Source of the DNA: a virus
Lineage: Duplodnaviria; Heunggongvirae; Uroviricota; Caudoviricetes
IMG/VR virus record: IMGVR_UViG_2585427793_000011
Length of the DNA stretch: 32,993 nucleotides
Strand: one strand, 5' to 3'
Program-made: the position numbers and the translations under genes
Part shown: positions 1-8,909 of the stretch, piece by piece
How the letters are laid out: each line of letters opens with the position of its first letter
How positions within the stretch are numbered: position 1 is the first letter of the stretch
Notes under the pieces: generated by a model
Told to the model about the DNA's origin: nothing
What the model saw: the letters and a program-made list of their open reading frames with translations, nothing else
Database searches by the model: none

Positions 1-996
1 TTATGGACGCATTATGGACATTCCTGACACCGGGTTAAGAGTCACAGCATCTTGTAAGAAATCCGGTGCAAAGTGTGCGTAGGTCATAGTTTGCTGAATG
101 TTAGAATGACCCAGGATGCGCTGCAATGTGATTATGTTACCTCCATTCATTATAAAATGTGTGGCAAATGTATGCCTCAAAACATGTACTGCTTGTCCGT
201 CAGGTAAATCGGGTTTTACTTCCCTGAGAGCGTTACGCACTTTGTAGTAACTGGCATTAAAAAGCCTGCCTGAATTTTTGGTCTTGATCCGTTTAATCAG
301 GTCCTGCGAAACGGGAATTGTCCTGCGTTTTCCGTTTTTAGTTTTCATAAACGTAACCATCTGGTTAATGATGTGTTCAGCTTTTAAATTAGACACTTCA
401 CTCCAGCGTCCACCAGTAGAAAGGCAGACCAGAGTTGCATTTAATTCATCACCATCAAGCATGGATAACAGCCGCGTAATCTCTTCACTGGACAAAAAAG
501 CCATTTCCGTAACAGCTTCACGTAACCGTTTAATCTCACGGAACGGGTTGTGAGAGTGGTATTCACCGGCGTCAATTAACTTGGTGAACATCCCGCTCAT
601 TATTGCCAGATGTCGATTTACGCTGGCTGGTTTCAGACCATCGTTCATCATTACAACGCGATAATCAGTTATCGTTTTCTTTGTTAGCTGGTCAGCTCTG
701 GACACTCCCATTTCTGCAAATTTGGCGATTATTGTCGTTAAACGCCCCCGTTCAATATCTCCACGCTCATGTGATTTTCCGTGATATATCCACCATCTGC
801 CTAACAACTCTGTAAGAGTTCGGCGGTCGGCTGGTTTCTCCAACCACTCTTTGTTGTGGTAGTTAACCAGTACATGACGTTCGAATGCTTGAGCTTCACC
901 TTTAGTTTTAAATTTCCGCCTGATACGTTTTCCATCTGCACCCTGCGGTCTGACGTCCACTTCATAACGACCATCATCGAGCTTTTTAATAGACAT
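1..996 (-). CDS. int: Tyrosine-type site-specific integrase
   Basis: 331-aa ORF at prophage left end next to the repressor; C-terminal VLRHTFATH...LGH...TMTYAH box typical of tyrosine recombinases. Confidence 0.9.
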   Translation of the reverse strand: MSIKKLDDGRYEVDVRPQGADGKRIRRKFKTKGEAQAFERHVLVNYHNKEWLEKPADRRTLTELLGRWWIYHGKSHERGDIERGRLTTIIAKFAEMGVSRADQLTKKTITDYRVVMMNDGLKPASVNRHLAIMSGMFTKLIDAGEYHSHNPFREIKRLREAVTEMAFLSSEEITRLLSMLDGDELNATLVCLSTGGRWSEVSNLKAEHIINQMVTFMKTKNGKRRTIPVSQDLIKRIKTKNSGRLFNASYYKVRNALREVKPDLPDGQAVHVLRHTFATHFIMNGGNIITLQRILGHSNIQQTMTYAHFAPDFLQDAVTLNPVSGMSIMRP

Positions 997-1089
997 AAAG
1001 CCCTCCGATGACGCTGTTTACTTCTACTACTTGAAAATTAATGCAATTTTCTTTCGTACATTTACTACACACATATGCTGAATAAATCG

Positions 1090-1389
1090 TCAGCCAGTCT
1101 TCTGGTCTGAGTGGTGCAAGGTTGTTGAGTCTTGCCCAATGTGTGCGAGAGCCGGGGCTATTTGTCCAGCTGCTGGATCTGTTTCATCAAACATGAACCA
1201 GTCACGATACTTGCGAAAGCGTGGATGCTTAAACAGCTTCATACCTGCTTCCATAGGCATTTTTGATTTTCCTGATTCATATCCATGATATGTGTAGTAA
1301 TTAATTCCAATTAATTCAGCAAGTTCCTTAGTTTTAAGGCGTTCGGATTCACGGATGAGCTTTAGTTTCTCACTTTGTTCACTTGACAT
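1090..1389 (-). CDS. C: Immunity repressor, P2 C-type
   Basis: 99 aa from ATG at 1389 (ORF track extends to a TTG at 1407); small HTH-like protein divergent from cox; C-terminal GQIAPALAH...QKTG tail matches my recollection of P2 C. Confidence 0.75.
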   Translation of the reverse strand: MSSEQSEKLKLIRESERLKTKELAELIGINYYTYHGYESGKSKMPMEAGMKLFKHPRFRKYRDWFMFDETDPAAGQIAPALAHIGQDSTTLHHSDQKTG

Positions 1390-1482
1390 AATTTTGCTAA
1401 TCTCCAATTATATTGTTACTTGGCAATTTGTGATTCGCTCAAAAAGGCTCTAGATGGCTCCAGTTGGTGAATCGCAAATCTT
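1390..1482. promoter_or_regulatory. C/cox intergenic switch region (expected divergent Pc/Pe promoters and operators)
   Basis: AT-rich intergenic region between divergent repressor and cox ORFs; imperfect direct repeat TGATTCGC / TGAATCGC. Exact operators not resolved. Confidence 0.45.
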
Positions 1483-1854
1483 ATGGAGGATAGCAAAGTG
1501 ACGACAAATGTAGAAATTTCTTGTCCAACTAGCGATGAGGCAAGTTTCGAAAATGAAGCCAAACGTAAAAGCATTCAGATTTCAGAGCGCCCATCTGATT
1601 TGCTGTCGAAAGAAGGTTTTGCTCTTTACATCGGTAAGACACCACGCGCGGTGGCTGAAATGGCTAAAGCAGGAAAGCTGCCAGCCTTCTACATGACAGA
1701 CCCATTAAAACCAAGAGGGAAAGCTGAATTATGGATTAATCGCCGTGAGTGGGACAAGTACGCAGCCCAGCTAGTTGATGAAGCTCCGACAGAATGGCAT
1801 GACTGGAAAAATCGCATTAGTTACAGCAAATCAAGACATGGCCGTGCGGCTTAA
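1483..1854 (+). CDS. cox: Cox-like excisionase / early repressor
   Basis: ORF divergent from C; central IGKTPRAVAEMAKAGKLP..YMTDP segment resembles Cox/excisionase HTH proteins. Start uncertain: a GTG at 1498 preceded by GGAGGA is a plausible alternative. Confidence 0.6.
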   Translation: MEDSKVTTNVEISCPTSDEASFENEAKRKSIQISERPSDLLSKEGFALYIGKTPRAVAEMAKAGKLPAFYMTDPLKPRGKAELWINRREWDKYAAQLVDEAPTEWHDWKNRISYSKSRHGRAA

Positions 1855-1864
1855 GGTGGAAAGG

Positions 1865-2035
1865 ATGAACGAGCCTCGTTGTATTGCTCAGTTATTGCGT
1901 AACGAAAGCCCCAGGGCGATTGACTTCACCATCACCCACGGTAAGGGGCGTAAGGGAATCATTATCCGCACCAAAAAACAGAGTCCGGTAAAAAAGGCTC
2001 TGACCTTTCTGAAAAGCCGGAGGGTCTGGAAATGA
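1865..2035 (+). CDS. Hypothetical protein (P2 orf78 position)
   Basis: 56-aa reading frame from internal ATG at 1865 preceded by AAGGTGG; stop overlaps next gene start (ATGA at 2032). Confidence 0.45.
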   Translation: MNEPRCIAQLLRNESPRAIDFTITHGKGRKGIIIRTKKQSPVKKALTFLKSRRVWK

Positions 2036-2532
2036 CAGTGATGACGCTCAATCTCGTTGAAAAACAGCCAGCAGCTATGCGCCGGATAATTGGTAAGCAT
2101 CTTGCCGTCCCTCGCTGGCAGGAGACATGCGATTATTATAATCAGATGATGGAACGCGAACGGCTAACGGTTTGCTTCCATGCGCAGTTAAAACAGCGTC
2201 ATGCAACGATGCGTTTTGAAGAAATGAATGATGTCGAACGTGAACGACTGGTATGTGCAATTGATGAATTGCGTGGGGCATTCTCAAAACGCCGTCAGGT
2301 TGGCGCAAGTGAGTATGCATATATTAGTTTTTTAACAGTCAGTCAGCGTCGTACTTTATTTATGCATGCCGGATTGACTGAAAAAGAATTCAACCAGCCA
2401 TACTGGCGAATTAATGAAGAATCATGTTACTGGCGTGATGCTTTATTCCGTGCATTACGTGAATTATTCAGCCTGTTTGAGTATGCACCGACAATTCTGA
2501 CGTCGGTAAAACCAGAGCAATATCTGCATTAA
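2032..2532 (+). CDS. B: P2 B-like replication protein (putative helicase loader)
   Basis: 166-aa ORF at the position and with the length of P2 gpB; assignment by synteny and length only. Confidence 0.55.
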   Translation: MTVMTLNLVEKQPAAMRRIIGKHLAVPRWQETCDYYNQMMERERLTVCFHAQLKQRHATMRFEEMNDVERERLVCAIDELRGAFSKRRQVGASEYAYISFLTVSQRRTLFMHAGLTEKEFNQPYWRINEESCYWRDALFRALRELFSLFEYAPTILTSVKPEQYLH

Positions 2533-2595
2533 GTAATTAACCAGAGTTTTTAACGCACTTAATTGTGCGGGGCTTCTTTTTGCCTGGAGAAAGTC

Positions 2596-2820
2596 ATGCA
2601 TACAGTTTCTGAAAATCAGTGCGGTAAATACGCATTACTGCTGCAACAGGCCAGAACCGAAGCACAGGCCGACGCAGCGACGCGCTTTTCTTCTCATCTT
2701 GACGCCATGATTCGCCACATCACAAAGGCGGAGTTATCCCGCGTGGAGATAGTCGAGCTGCTCAGTCAGGAGTCGGAAAAATTTCACAATATCGGATTGT
2801 CTCGCGGGGAGGTGCTTTGA
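2596..2820 (+). CDS. Hypothetical early protein (P2 orf80 position)
   Basis: ORF with ATG at 2596 preceded by GGAGAAA; in the early operon between B and A. Confidence 0.5.
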   Translation: MHTVSENQCGKYALLLQQARTEAQADAATRFSSHLDAMIRHITKAELSRVEIVELLSQESEKFHNIGLSRGEVL

Positions 2821-3122
2821 TGTCCTGTTCTCGTTCAGTTGTATTACTGAATAACGCCTTAAAAATCGCCGTTATGAAAAATGGCGATTTATCTCTTATT
2901 CAACTTGGTCTTGATAAAGAAAAACGCGAAATAACTGAGTCTGTTATCGCGATTTATCAGAACGAATTAAATCTCCTGTCTGATGTGGTCAATTTACTTG
3001 TTAAACGCGCTGTATTTCACAAGCAAATCTCCTCCGTGGATGAACTGACGAAATTAACGACAGAAATTGCCAGCTATTGCGCTGATGAATTTAAAAAACT
3101 TAACGACAAAAGGAGCTGGTAA
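2817..3122 (+). CDS. Hypothetical early protein (P2 orf81 position)
   Basis: 101-aa ORF, ATGA overlap with upstream gene, same strand as the early operon. Confidence 0.5.
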   Translation: MMSCSRSVVLLNNALKIAVMKNGDLSLIQLGLDKEKREITESVIAIYQNELNLLSDVVNLLVKRAVFHKQISSVDELTKLTTEIASYCADEFKKLNDKRSW

Positions 3123-3346
3123 TGCCGGACAACGTAGATTTTATTCAGGAACAACAGGCTGAATTACTGGAGCGCCAGATTAACGCGGCAAGGGTAAAGC
3201 ATTGCGGTGTTTCTGCGCTGGTTTGCGAAGAGTGTGACGCGCCAATACCTGCTGCCCGTCGTGCGGCTTATCCGTCAGCCACGCGTTGTGTTTCCTGCCA
3301 GTCAGTCTTTGAAGCAAAAAACAAACATTACCGGAGAACGTCATGA
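3122..3346 (+). CDS. TraR/DksA-family C4 zinc-finger protein (P2 orf82 position)
   Basis: 74-aa ORF with C-x2-C-x17-C-x2-C (CEECDAPIP...CVSC) typical of TraR/DksA-like zinc fingers. Confidence 0.7.
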   Translation: MPDNVDFIQEQQAELLERQINAARVKHCGVSALVCEECDAPIPAARRAAYPSATRCVSCQSVFEAKNKHYRRTS

Positions 3347-3618
3347 GTATTCGTATTGAAATTGGCGAACGTTATGTCGTTACCAGTGACAGCTTTCAGT
3401 TTATTCTCCACGAGAAAAAGAGAGCTGAAAGCGGTAAAAACGCCGGTCAGGAATGGCTGGCGGTGGTTGGTTATTACCCGAAATTAAGCCAGCTTGTTTC
3501 CGGCCTGATGCATCACGATATTCTGACCGGAAGCGCAAAGTCTTTTGCTGATTTAAACGCGCAGGTTGAGCAACTCAGCAAGCGTTGTTCAGAGGCTTTT
3601 GGCTCATATGGCCGTTAA
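3343..3618 (+). CDS. Hypothetical early protein (P2 orf83 position)
   Basis: 91-aa ORF immediately upstream of A, overlapping its start. Confidence 0.5.
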   Translation: MSIRIEIGERYVVTSDSFQFILHEKKRAESGKNAGQEWLAVVGYYPKLSQLVSGLMHHDILTGSAKSFADLNAQVEQLSKRCSEAFGSYGR

Positions 3619-5887
3619 AGCCTCCGGGCGTTTTGTCCCTCCGTCAGCATTTGCCGCAGGCACCGGTGAGACGTTTACCGGTGCTTATGCATGGAACGCG
3701 CCACGCGAGGCCGTCGGGCGCGAAAGACCCCTTACACGTGACGAGATGCGTCAGGTGCAAGGTGTTTTATCCACGATTAATCGCCTGCCTTACTTTTTGC
3801 GCTCGCTGTTTACTTCACGCTATGACTACATCCGGCGCAATAAAAGCCCGGTGCACGGGTTTTATTTCCTCACATCCACTTTTCAGCGCCGTTTATGGCC
3901 GCGTATTGAGCGCGTGAATCAGCGCCATGAAATGAACACCGACGCGTCGTTGCTGTTTCTGGCAGAGCGTGACCATTATGCGCGTCTGCCGGGGATGAAT
4001 GACAAGGAGCTGAAAAAGTTTGCCGCCCGTATCTCATCGCAGCTTTTCATGATGTATGAGGAACTCTGCGATGCATGGGTTGATGCACATGGCGAGAAAG
4101 AATCGCTGTTTACAGATGAGGCGCAGGCACATCTGTATGGTCATGTTGCTGGCGCTGCACGTGCTTTCAATATTTCCCCTCTCTACTGGAAAAAATACCG
4201 TAAAGGACAGATGACCACGAGGCAGGCATATTCTGCCATTGCCCGTCTGTTTAACGATGAGTGGTGGACTCATCAGCTTAAAGGCCAGCGTATGCGCTGG
4301 CATGAGGCGTTACTGATTGCTGTCGGGGAGGTCAATAAAGACCGTTCTCCTTATGCCAGTAAACATGCCATTCGTGATGTGCGTGCACGCCGCCAGGCAA
4401 ATCTGGAATTTCTTAAATCGTGTGACCTCGAAAACAGGGAAACCGGCGAGCGCATCGACCTTATCAGTAAGGTGATGGGCAGTATTTCTAATCCTGAAAT
4501 TCGCCGGATGGAGCTGATGAACACCATCGCCGGTATTGAGCGTTACGCCGCCGCAGAGGGTGATGTGGGGATGTTTATCACTCTGACCGCGCCGTCAAAG
4601 TATCACCCGACACGTCAGGTCGGAAAAGGCGAAAGTAAAACCGTCCAGCTAAATCACGGCTGGAATGATGAGGCATTTAATCCAAAGGATGCGCAGCGTT
4701 ATCTCTGCCGCATCTGGAGCCTGATGCGCACGGCATTCAAGGATAATGATTTACAGGTCTACGGTTTGCGAGTCGTCGAGCCACACCACGACGGAACGCC
4801 GCACTGGCATATGATGCTTTTTTGTAATCCACGCCAGCGTAACCAGATTATTGAAATCATGCGTCGTTATGCGCTCAAAGAGGATGGCGACGAAAGAGGA
4901 GCCGCGCGAAACCGTTTTCAGGCAAAACACCTTAACCGGGGCGGTGCTGCGGGATATATCGCGAAATACATCTCAAAAAATATCGACGGCTATGCACTGG
5001 ATGGTCAGCTCGATAACGATACCGGCAGACCGCTGAAAGACACTGCTGCGGCTGTTACCGCATGGGCGTCAACGTGGCGTATCCCGCAATTTAAAACGGT
5101 TGGCCTGCCGACAATGGGGGCTTACCGTGAACTACGCAAACTGCCTCGCGGCGTCAGCATTGCTGATGAGTTTGACGAACGCGTCGAGGCTGCACGCGCC
5201 GCCGCAGACAGTGGTGATTTTGCGTTGTATATCAGCGCGCAGGGTGGGGCAAATGTCCCGCGCGATTGTCAGACTGTCAGGGTTGCCCGTAGCCCGTCGG
5301 ATGACGTTAACGAGTACGAGGAAGAAGTCGAGAGAGTGGTCGGCATTTACGCACCGCATCTCGGCGCGCGTCATATTCATATCACCAGAACCACGGACTG
5401 GCGCATTGTGCCGAAAGTGCCGGTCGTTGAGCCTTTGACTTTAAAAAGCGGCATCGCCGCGCCTCGGAGTCCTGTCAATAACTGTAGAAAGCTCTCCGGT
5501 GGTGATACTTCGTTACCGGCTCCCACACCTTCTGAGCACGCCGCAGCAGTGCTTAATCTGGTTGATGACGGTGTTATCGAATGGAATGACCCGGAGGTCG
5601 TGAGGGCGCTCAGGGGTGCATTAAAACACGGACTGAGAAGACCAAACCGCCAGCAAAGAAACGGAAGCCCGTTAAAACCGCATGAAATAGCGCCATCGGC
5701 CAGACTGACCCGGTCGGAACGAATGCAAATTACCCGTATCCGCGTTGACCTTGCTCAGAACGGTATCAGGCCGCAGCGATGGGAGCTTGAGGCGCTGGCG
5801 CGTGGCGCGACCGTAAATTATGACGGGAAAAAATTCGCTTATCCGGTCGCTGATGGATGGCCAGGGTTCACAACTGTAATAGATTGA
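3608..5887 (+). CDS. A: Replication initiation endonuclease A (rolling-circle, HUH-type)
   Basis: About 760 aa from ATG at 3608 (ORF track starts at TTG 3566); contains HWHMMLF (H-hydrophobic-H) motif; size and position as P2 gpA. Confidence 0.85.
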   Translation: MAVKASGRFVPPSAFAAGTGETFTGAYAWNAPREAVGRERPLTRDEMRQVQGVLSTINRLPYFLRSLFTSRYDYIRRNKSPVHGFYFLTSTFQRRLWPRIERVNQRHEMNTDASLLFLAERDHYARLPGMNDKELKKFAARISSQLFMMYEELCDAWVDAHGEKESLFTDEAQAHLYGHVAGAARAFNISPLYWKKYRKGQMTTRQAYSAIARLFNDEWWTHQLKGQRMRWHEALLIAVGEVNKDRSPYASKHAIRDVRARRQANLEFLKSCDLENRETGERIDLISKVMGSISNPEIRRMELMNTIAGIERYAAAEGDVGMFITLTAPSKYHPTRQVGKGESKTVQLNHGWNDEAFNPKDAQRYLCRIWSLMRTAFKDNDLQVYGLRVVEPHHDGTPHWHMMLFCNPRQRNQIIEIMRRYALKEDGDERGAARNRFQAKHLNRGGAAGYIAKYISKNIDGYALDGQLDNDTGRPLKDTAAAVTAWASTWRIPQFKTVGLPTMGAYRELRKLPRGVSIADEFDERVEAARAAADSGDFALYISAQGGANVPRDCQTVRVARSPSDDVNEYEEEVERVVGIYAPHLGARHIHITRTTDWRIVPKVPVVEPLTLKSGIAAPRSPVNNCRKLSGGDTSLPAPTPSEHAAAVLNLVDDGVIEWNDPEVVRALRGALKHGLRRPNRQQRNGSPLKPHEIAPSARLTRSERMQITRIRVDLAQNGIRPQRWELEALARGATVNYDGKKFAYPVADGWPGFTTVID

Positions 5888-5993
5888 AATAGTGTGAATA
5901 TCTAAGAGATAAAACTATATAAGGTGTGTATTAATACTGTGCTGGAGGAAAAGGTGAAAACCAGATGGCATGGCTACAATAATAAAACGATAA

Positions 5994-6020
5994 GCCTCAT
6001 TTTTAATGAGGCCGTTTTTA
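5994..6020. terminator. Bidirectional intrinsic terminator between A and the cargo operon
   Basis: Hairpin GCCTCAT-TTTTA-ATGAGGC followed by CGTTTTTATT and preceded by an A-rich run; lies between convergent gene ends (A stop 5887, cargo gene stop 6053). Confidence 0.55.
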
Positions 6021-6052
6021 TTACATCAAAAGAATTGAATTGTATTGTTAAC

Positions 6053-6724
6053 TTAAAGGGCAAACCTTTCTATGGTTCGATACACCTTGTCAAAAATTTG
6101 CTCTGAAAGTGAAATGGACCCATTTGTGTTAATTTCTAATGACTCATAACCGGTAACGTCCTTAACATTAAGTTTAACTTTATCAATTGTAAAATTTGCA
6201 TTTTTGAAAATGTTTCTTATTTCCATAAGTGCGTCACTTGATGACTCAAGTTCCAGTATGCCGGATGTGTGTTTGCTAAACGTTAAGTCTTTTAATTTTG
6301 CCTTGTGCACTTGTATTTTTTCAAAGTGCGGGGTCAGGAAATAAATGAAGTCCTCAATTTTGATGTTGAGATTTGACACATTAAAATCAGAATGTGTTGA
6401 TTTAATTATGTTTGATATGAAGTTCTTAATGCTTCTGGGAGGCGACTCAATGATTAAGATGAAGTTTTTACCTTTTGTTGTGTAAAGCCAAAAGTTAAAT
6501 TGAATATATTTTAGCTGTGTATATTGAGTCTCGTTTCCATATGGATCAACGATTATCTCGTTGACCTCTACTTTCTCGATGTATCGAGATGATATTGCAT
6601 TTTCTTCATATGAGTTGATACTAAATCCCCAGCCTTTATCACTATCAAAAGGAGTGTTAATGATAGACTGATATAAACTATCAAGTCCAGCAGGGAAGTT
6701 GGCAGTAAACCATTTTGTTTTCAT
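6053..6724 (-). CDS. Hypothetical protein, third gene of AT-rich cargo operon
   Basis: 223-aa ORF with AAGGAG Shine-Dalgarno 7 nt upstream of ATG; low GC; no family recognised. Confidence 0.7.
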   Translation of the reverse strand: MKTKWFTANFPAGLDSLYQSIINTPFDSDKGWGFSINSYEENAISSRYIEKVEVNEIIVDPYGNETQYTQLKYIQFNFWLYTTKGKNFILIIESPPRSIKNFISNIIKSTHSDFNVSNLNIKIEDFIYFLTPHFEKIQVHKAKLKDLTFSKHTSGILELESSSDALMEIRNIFKNANFTIDKVKLNVKDVTGYESLEINTNGSISLSEQIFDKVYRTIERFAL

Positions 6725-6735
6725 AACAACTCCTT

Positions 6736-7848
6736 TTATTTATCAGTAACAACCTCAATTGTGTTGGAGGCGATAATACTGTTTGAAATTTCGCGAGCGG
6801 TTTTTTCAAGTGCTAATAATAGCAGTTTTTCCTTCTCTTTATCTACATTTTGACGATTTGCATATTCGTTTATATTTTTGTACTTATAAACACCGCGAAC
6901 GATATACGAGAATAACTTGCAATTATCTGGGTCGACAAATTGAGCCTCGAATTCATATTTGTCCGAGTCTTTATAAGTGTCAACAACAGAACTCCAAATG
7001 ATTTTGGTAATATAAAATCCTTTTCCTAACAACTCCTTAAACTCGAGAGAGTCAAGAACGCTGCGCCCTTTTAGTGAAGCTTTGGAGATATGATATCCTG
7101 TGTCAATAATTGTATCGTCATCATCAGAATCATCTTCATTTTCGTTAGACTTATTTGACTCAAGAATTGGATGCGTAACGTATACATCCGATACGTCAAT
7201 GCATTTGTAGTTAGGTATGCTTGAGATTAGTTGCTCAAAAAATTTGCTTCTTTCCGCTGGTGATTTAACAGTTTCGAGCGAAATCTCATCAAGACTGGCT
7301 GGATCCTCATTGTTGTCTTCTTTGATCTTCTCCACGAGGCGCTCGTTGAATTCCCTTGCTTTAGCATTTTGAGGGAAACGGGTGATAAATTCACCGCTTT
7401 CATTCATTTCAACTTGTATTTTGGCTTCACGTGATGAGGATTGGCGAAACTCGCTCATTTTGAAATCTAGTTTCACATATTTTATTGATACTTCAAAACC
7501 ATTCTCGGTGTAATTTATATTAGTTATATCGCCTTCTTTTTGAAGATCTTCACAAATAGATTTAATAGTATTTTCCATACTATTTTTATCTATATTTGTA
7601 TTAATAATGTTAATTGATACTTTTTCTCTCCGCCCAACAGAACCGAGTATGTTTGAAAGAAATTCAAAATCAGAATAGCCATGATAGTATCTGGAAAAAT
7701 CCAAAGCCAATGTTTTTCGTTTAGTCTCTTTGGATATAATCATTCCTCTTTTAAAAAAGAGACTTTTCATATCTTCATGAGTGACTTTAGTTTGATTCAA
7801 TGCGTCAAACATTGCCTTATCATTTACACTATATAATCCAATTTTCAT
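6736..7848 (-). CDS. Hypothetical acidic protein, second gene of AT-rich cargo operon
   Basis: 370 aa from ATG at 7848, which forms an ATGA overlap with the upstream gene stop (ORF track extends to TTG 7863); GGGAG upstream; contains NENEDDSDDDD acidic tract. Confidence 0.7.
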   Translation of the reverse strand: MKIGLYSVNDKAMFDALNQTKVTHEDMKSLFFKRGMIISKETKRKTLALDFSRYYHGYSDFEFLSNILGSVGRREKVSINIINTNIDKNSMENTIKSICEDLQKEGDITNINYTENGFEVSIKYVKLDFKMSEFRQSSSREAKIQVEMNESGEFITRFPQNAKAREFNERLVEKIKEDNNEDPASLDEISLETVKSPAERSKFFEQLISSIPNYKCIDVSDVYVTHPILESNKSNENEDDSDDDDTIIDTGYHISKASLKGRSVLDSLEFKELLGKGFYITKIIWSSVVDTYKDSDKYEFEAQFVDPDNCKLFSYIVRGVYKYKNINEYANRQNVDKEKEKLLLLALEKTAREISNSIIASNTIEVVTDK

Positions 7849-8909
7849 GCCTGTCGCTCCCAACCAATCTCTACCGAACTAAAACGAGGCTTTGTAAATT
7901 CTACCTGTTGAAAATCAATAGCATCTATTATCGTTTTTTTATGTTCATCGAAACCCCATTCTTGACAATAACTATCCTTTGCACGCATAAAAATACTGCG
8001 AACATCTTTATGTATGTTAGGGTTAACTATTCTAATTCTTATATTTTCATTGCCATCCAGTAATTGATATTTAGATAGTGTGTCCAGAATGTAAATAAAC
8101 TCTAGCTCGTTTTTTCCTTCGCCATTGTAATAAATAATGTAACCATGTTTAAATGTGGTTTCCCATTGTGATGTTTCTTCATTGCAATGTCTGACGTCAT
8201 TATGTTTTATAATAAGGAATGGGCCTGTCAATAATTCTACAGTTGCTGGAAGTTCTTCGGGCGAACCGCTTACTTTATGTAGTGAAAGGTCTGGGTAAAA
8301 GAATTGATATTTTTTACCGAGTGGAAACTCTCTTTTGTGGCTTAGTTGTGATAAATCGCAGATTATTGACTGCAGGTAGTTTATAGTTCTTGGTTCAATA
8401 ATGTGTATTTTTTGACCGGCCCTTACCGGTATATTGTCAAGATTGATACCTCTTTTCTTCTTATCAGTTTCAGTATTGTGAGACTGATAGAATACATCAT
8501 AAAAAGATTGGTCAAAGTCTCCGTCATGGTTGTATACAAAGAGCATGCCTCTGACTTCTGACGCACCACTTTTATAAGAATAACGCTCCTTCCATTCTTT
8601 ACAACCTTGAGCACAGTCAATAGAATTAGCCAGCGATACTAAAGCATTGCGCATTTTAGTTGCTGTAATTGAGCCTTTAATATAGCTTTTTAAATCAGTA
8701 TTTAAAAAAATGGTTCTATTCAAATAGGGATCTTTATAAGAAAATACAACATCAGTTGGATGTGTTCCGGCTAGTGTTTTATGTTGATCTTTTTTCATGC
8801 ATGGAAAGTTTTCATTGGTTGGACCAACGAGTTCCCACTTAAACCATTTGAATAGGTCTGAAGATATTTTTTCTGCCATTGCTGAAATATTTTGAGTTTC
8901 ACCTGACAT
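7845..8909 (-). CDS. Hypothetical protein, first gene of AT-rich cargo operon
   Basis: 354-aa ORF, AGGT 9 nt upstream of ATG, AT-rich promoter-like region upstream; no family recognised with confidence. Confidence 0.7.
   Translation of the reverse strand: MSGETQNISAMAEKISSDLFKWFKWELVGPTNENFPCMKKDQHKTLAGTHPTDVVFSYKDPYLNRTIFLNTDLKSYIKGSITATKMRNALVSLANSIDCAQGCKEWKERYSYKSGASEVRGMLFVYNHDGDFDQSFYDVFYQSHNTETDKKKRGINLDNIPVRAGQKIHIIEPRTINYLQSIICDLSQLSHKREFPLGKKYQFFYPDLSLHKVSGSPEELPATVELLTGPFLIIKHNDVRHCNEETSQWETTFKHGYIIYYNGEGKNELEFIYILDTLSKYQLLDGNENIRIRIVNPNIHKDVRSIFMRAKDSYCQEWGFDEHKKTIIDAIDFQQVEFTKPRFSSVEIGWERQA

Noticed and set aside
3585-3917. 110-aa ORF in an alternative frame at the start of A
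   Set aside because: It is fully overlapped by the A reading frame, which has the strong synteny and motif support.
5924-6106. 60-aa plus-strand ORF downstream of A
   Set aside because: It spans the bidirectional terminator hairpin at 5994..6020 and overlaps the 3' end of the cargo operon; AT-rich chance ORF.
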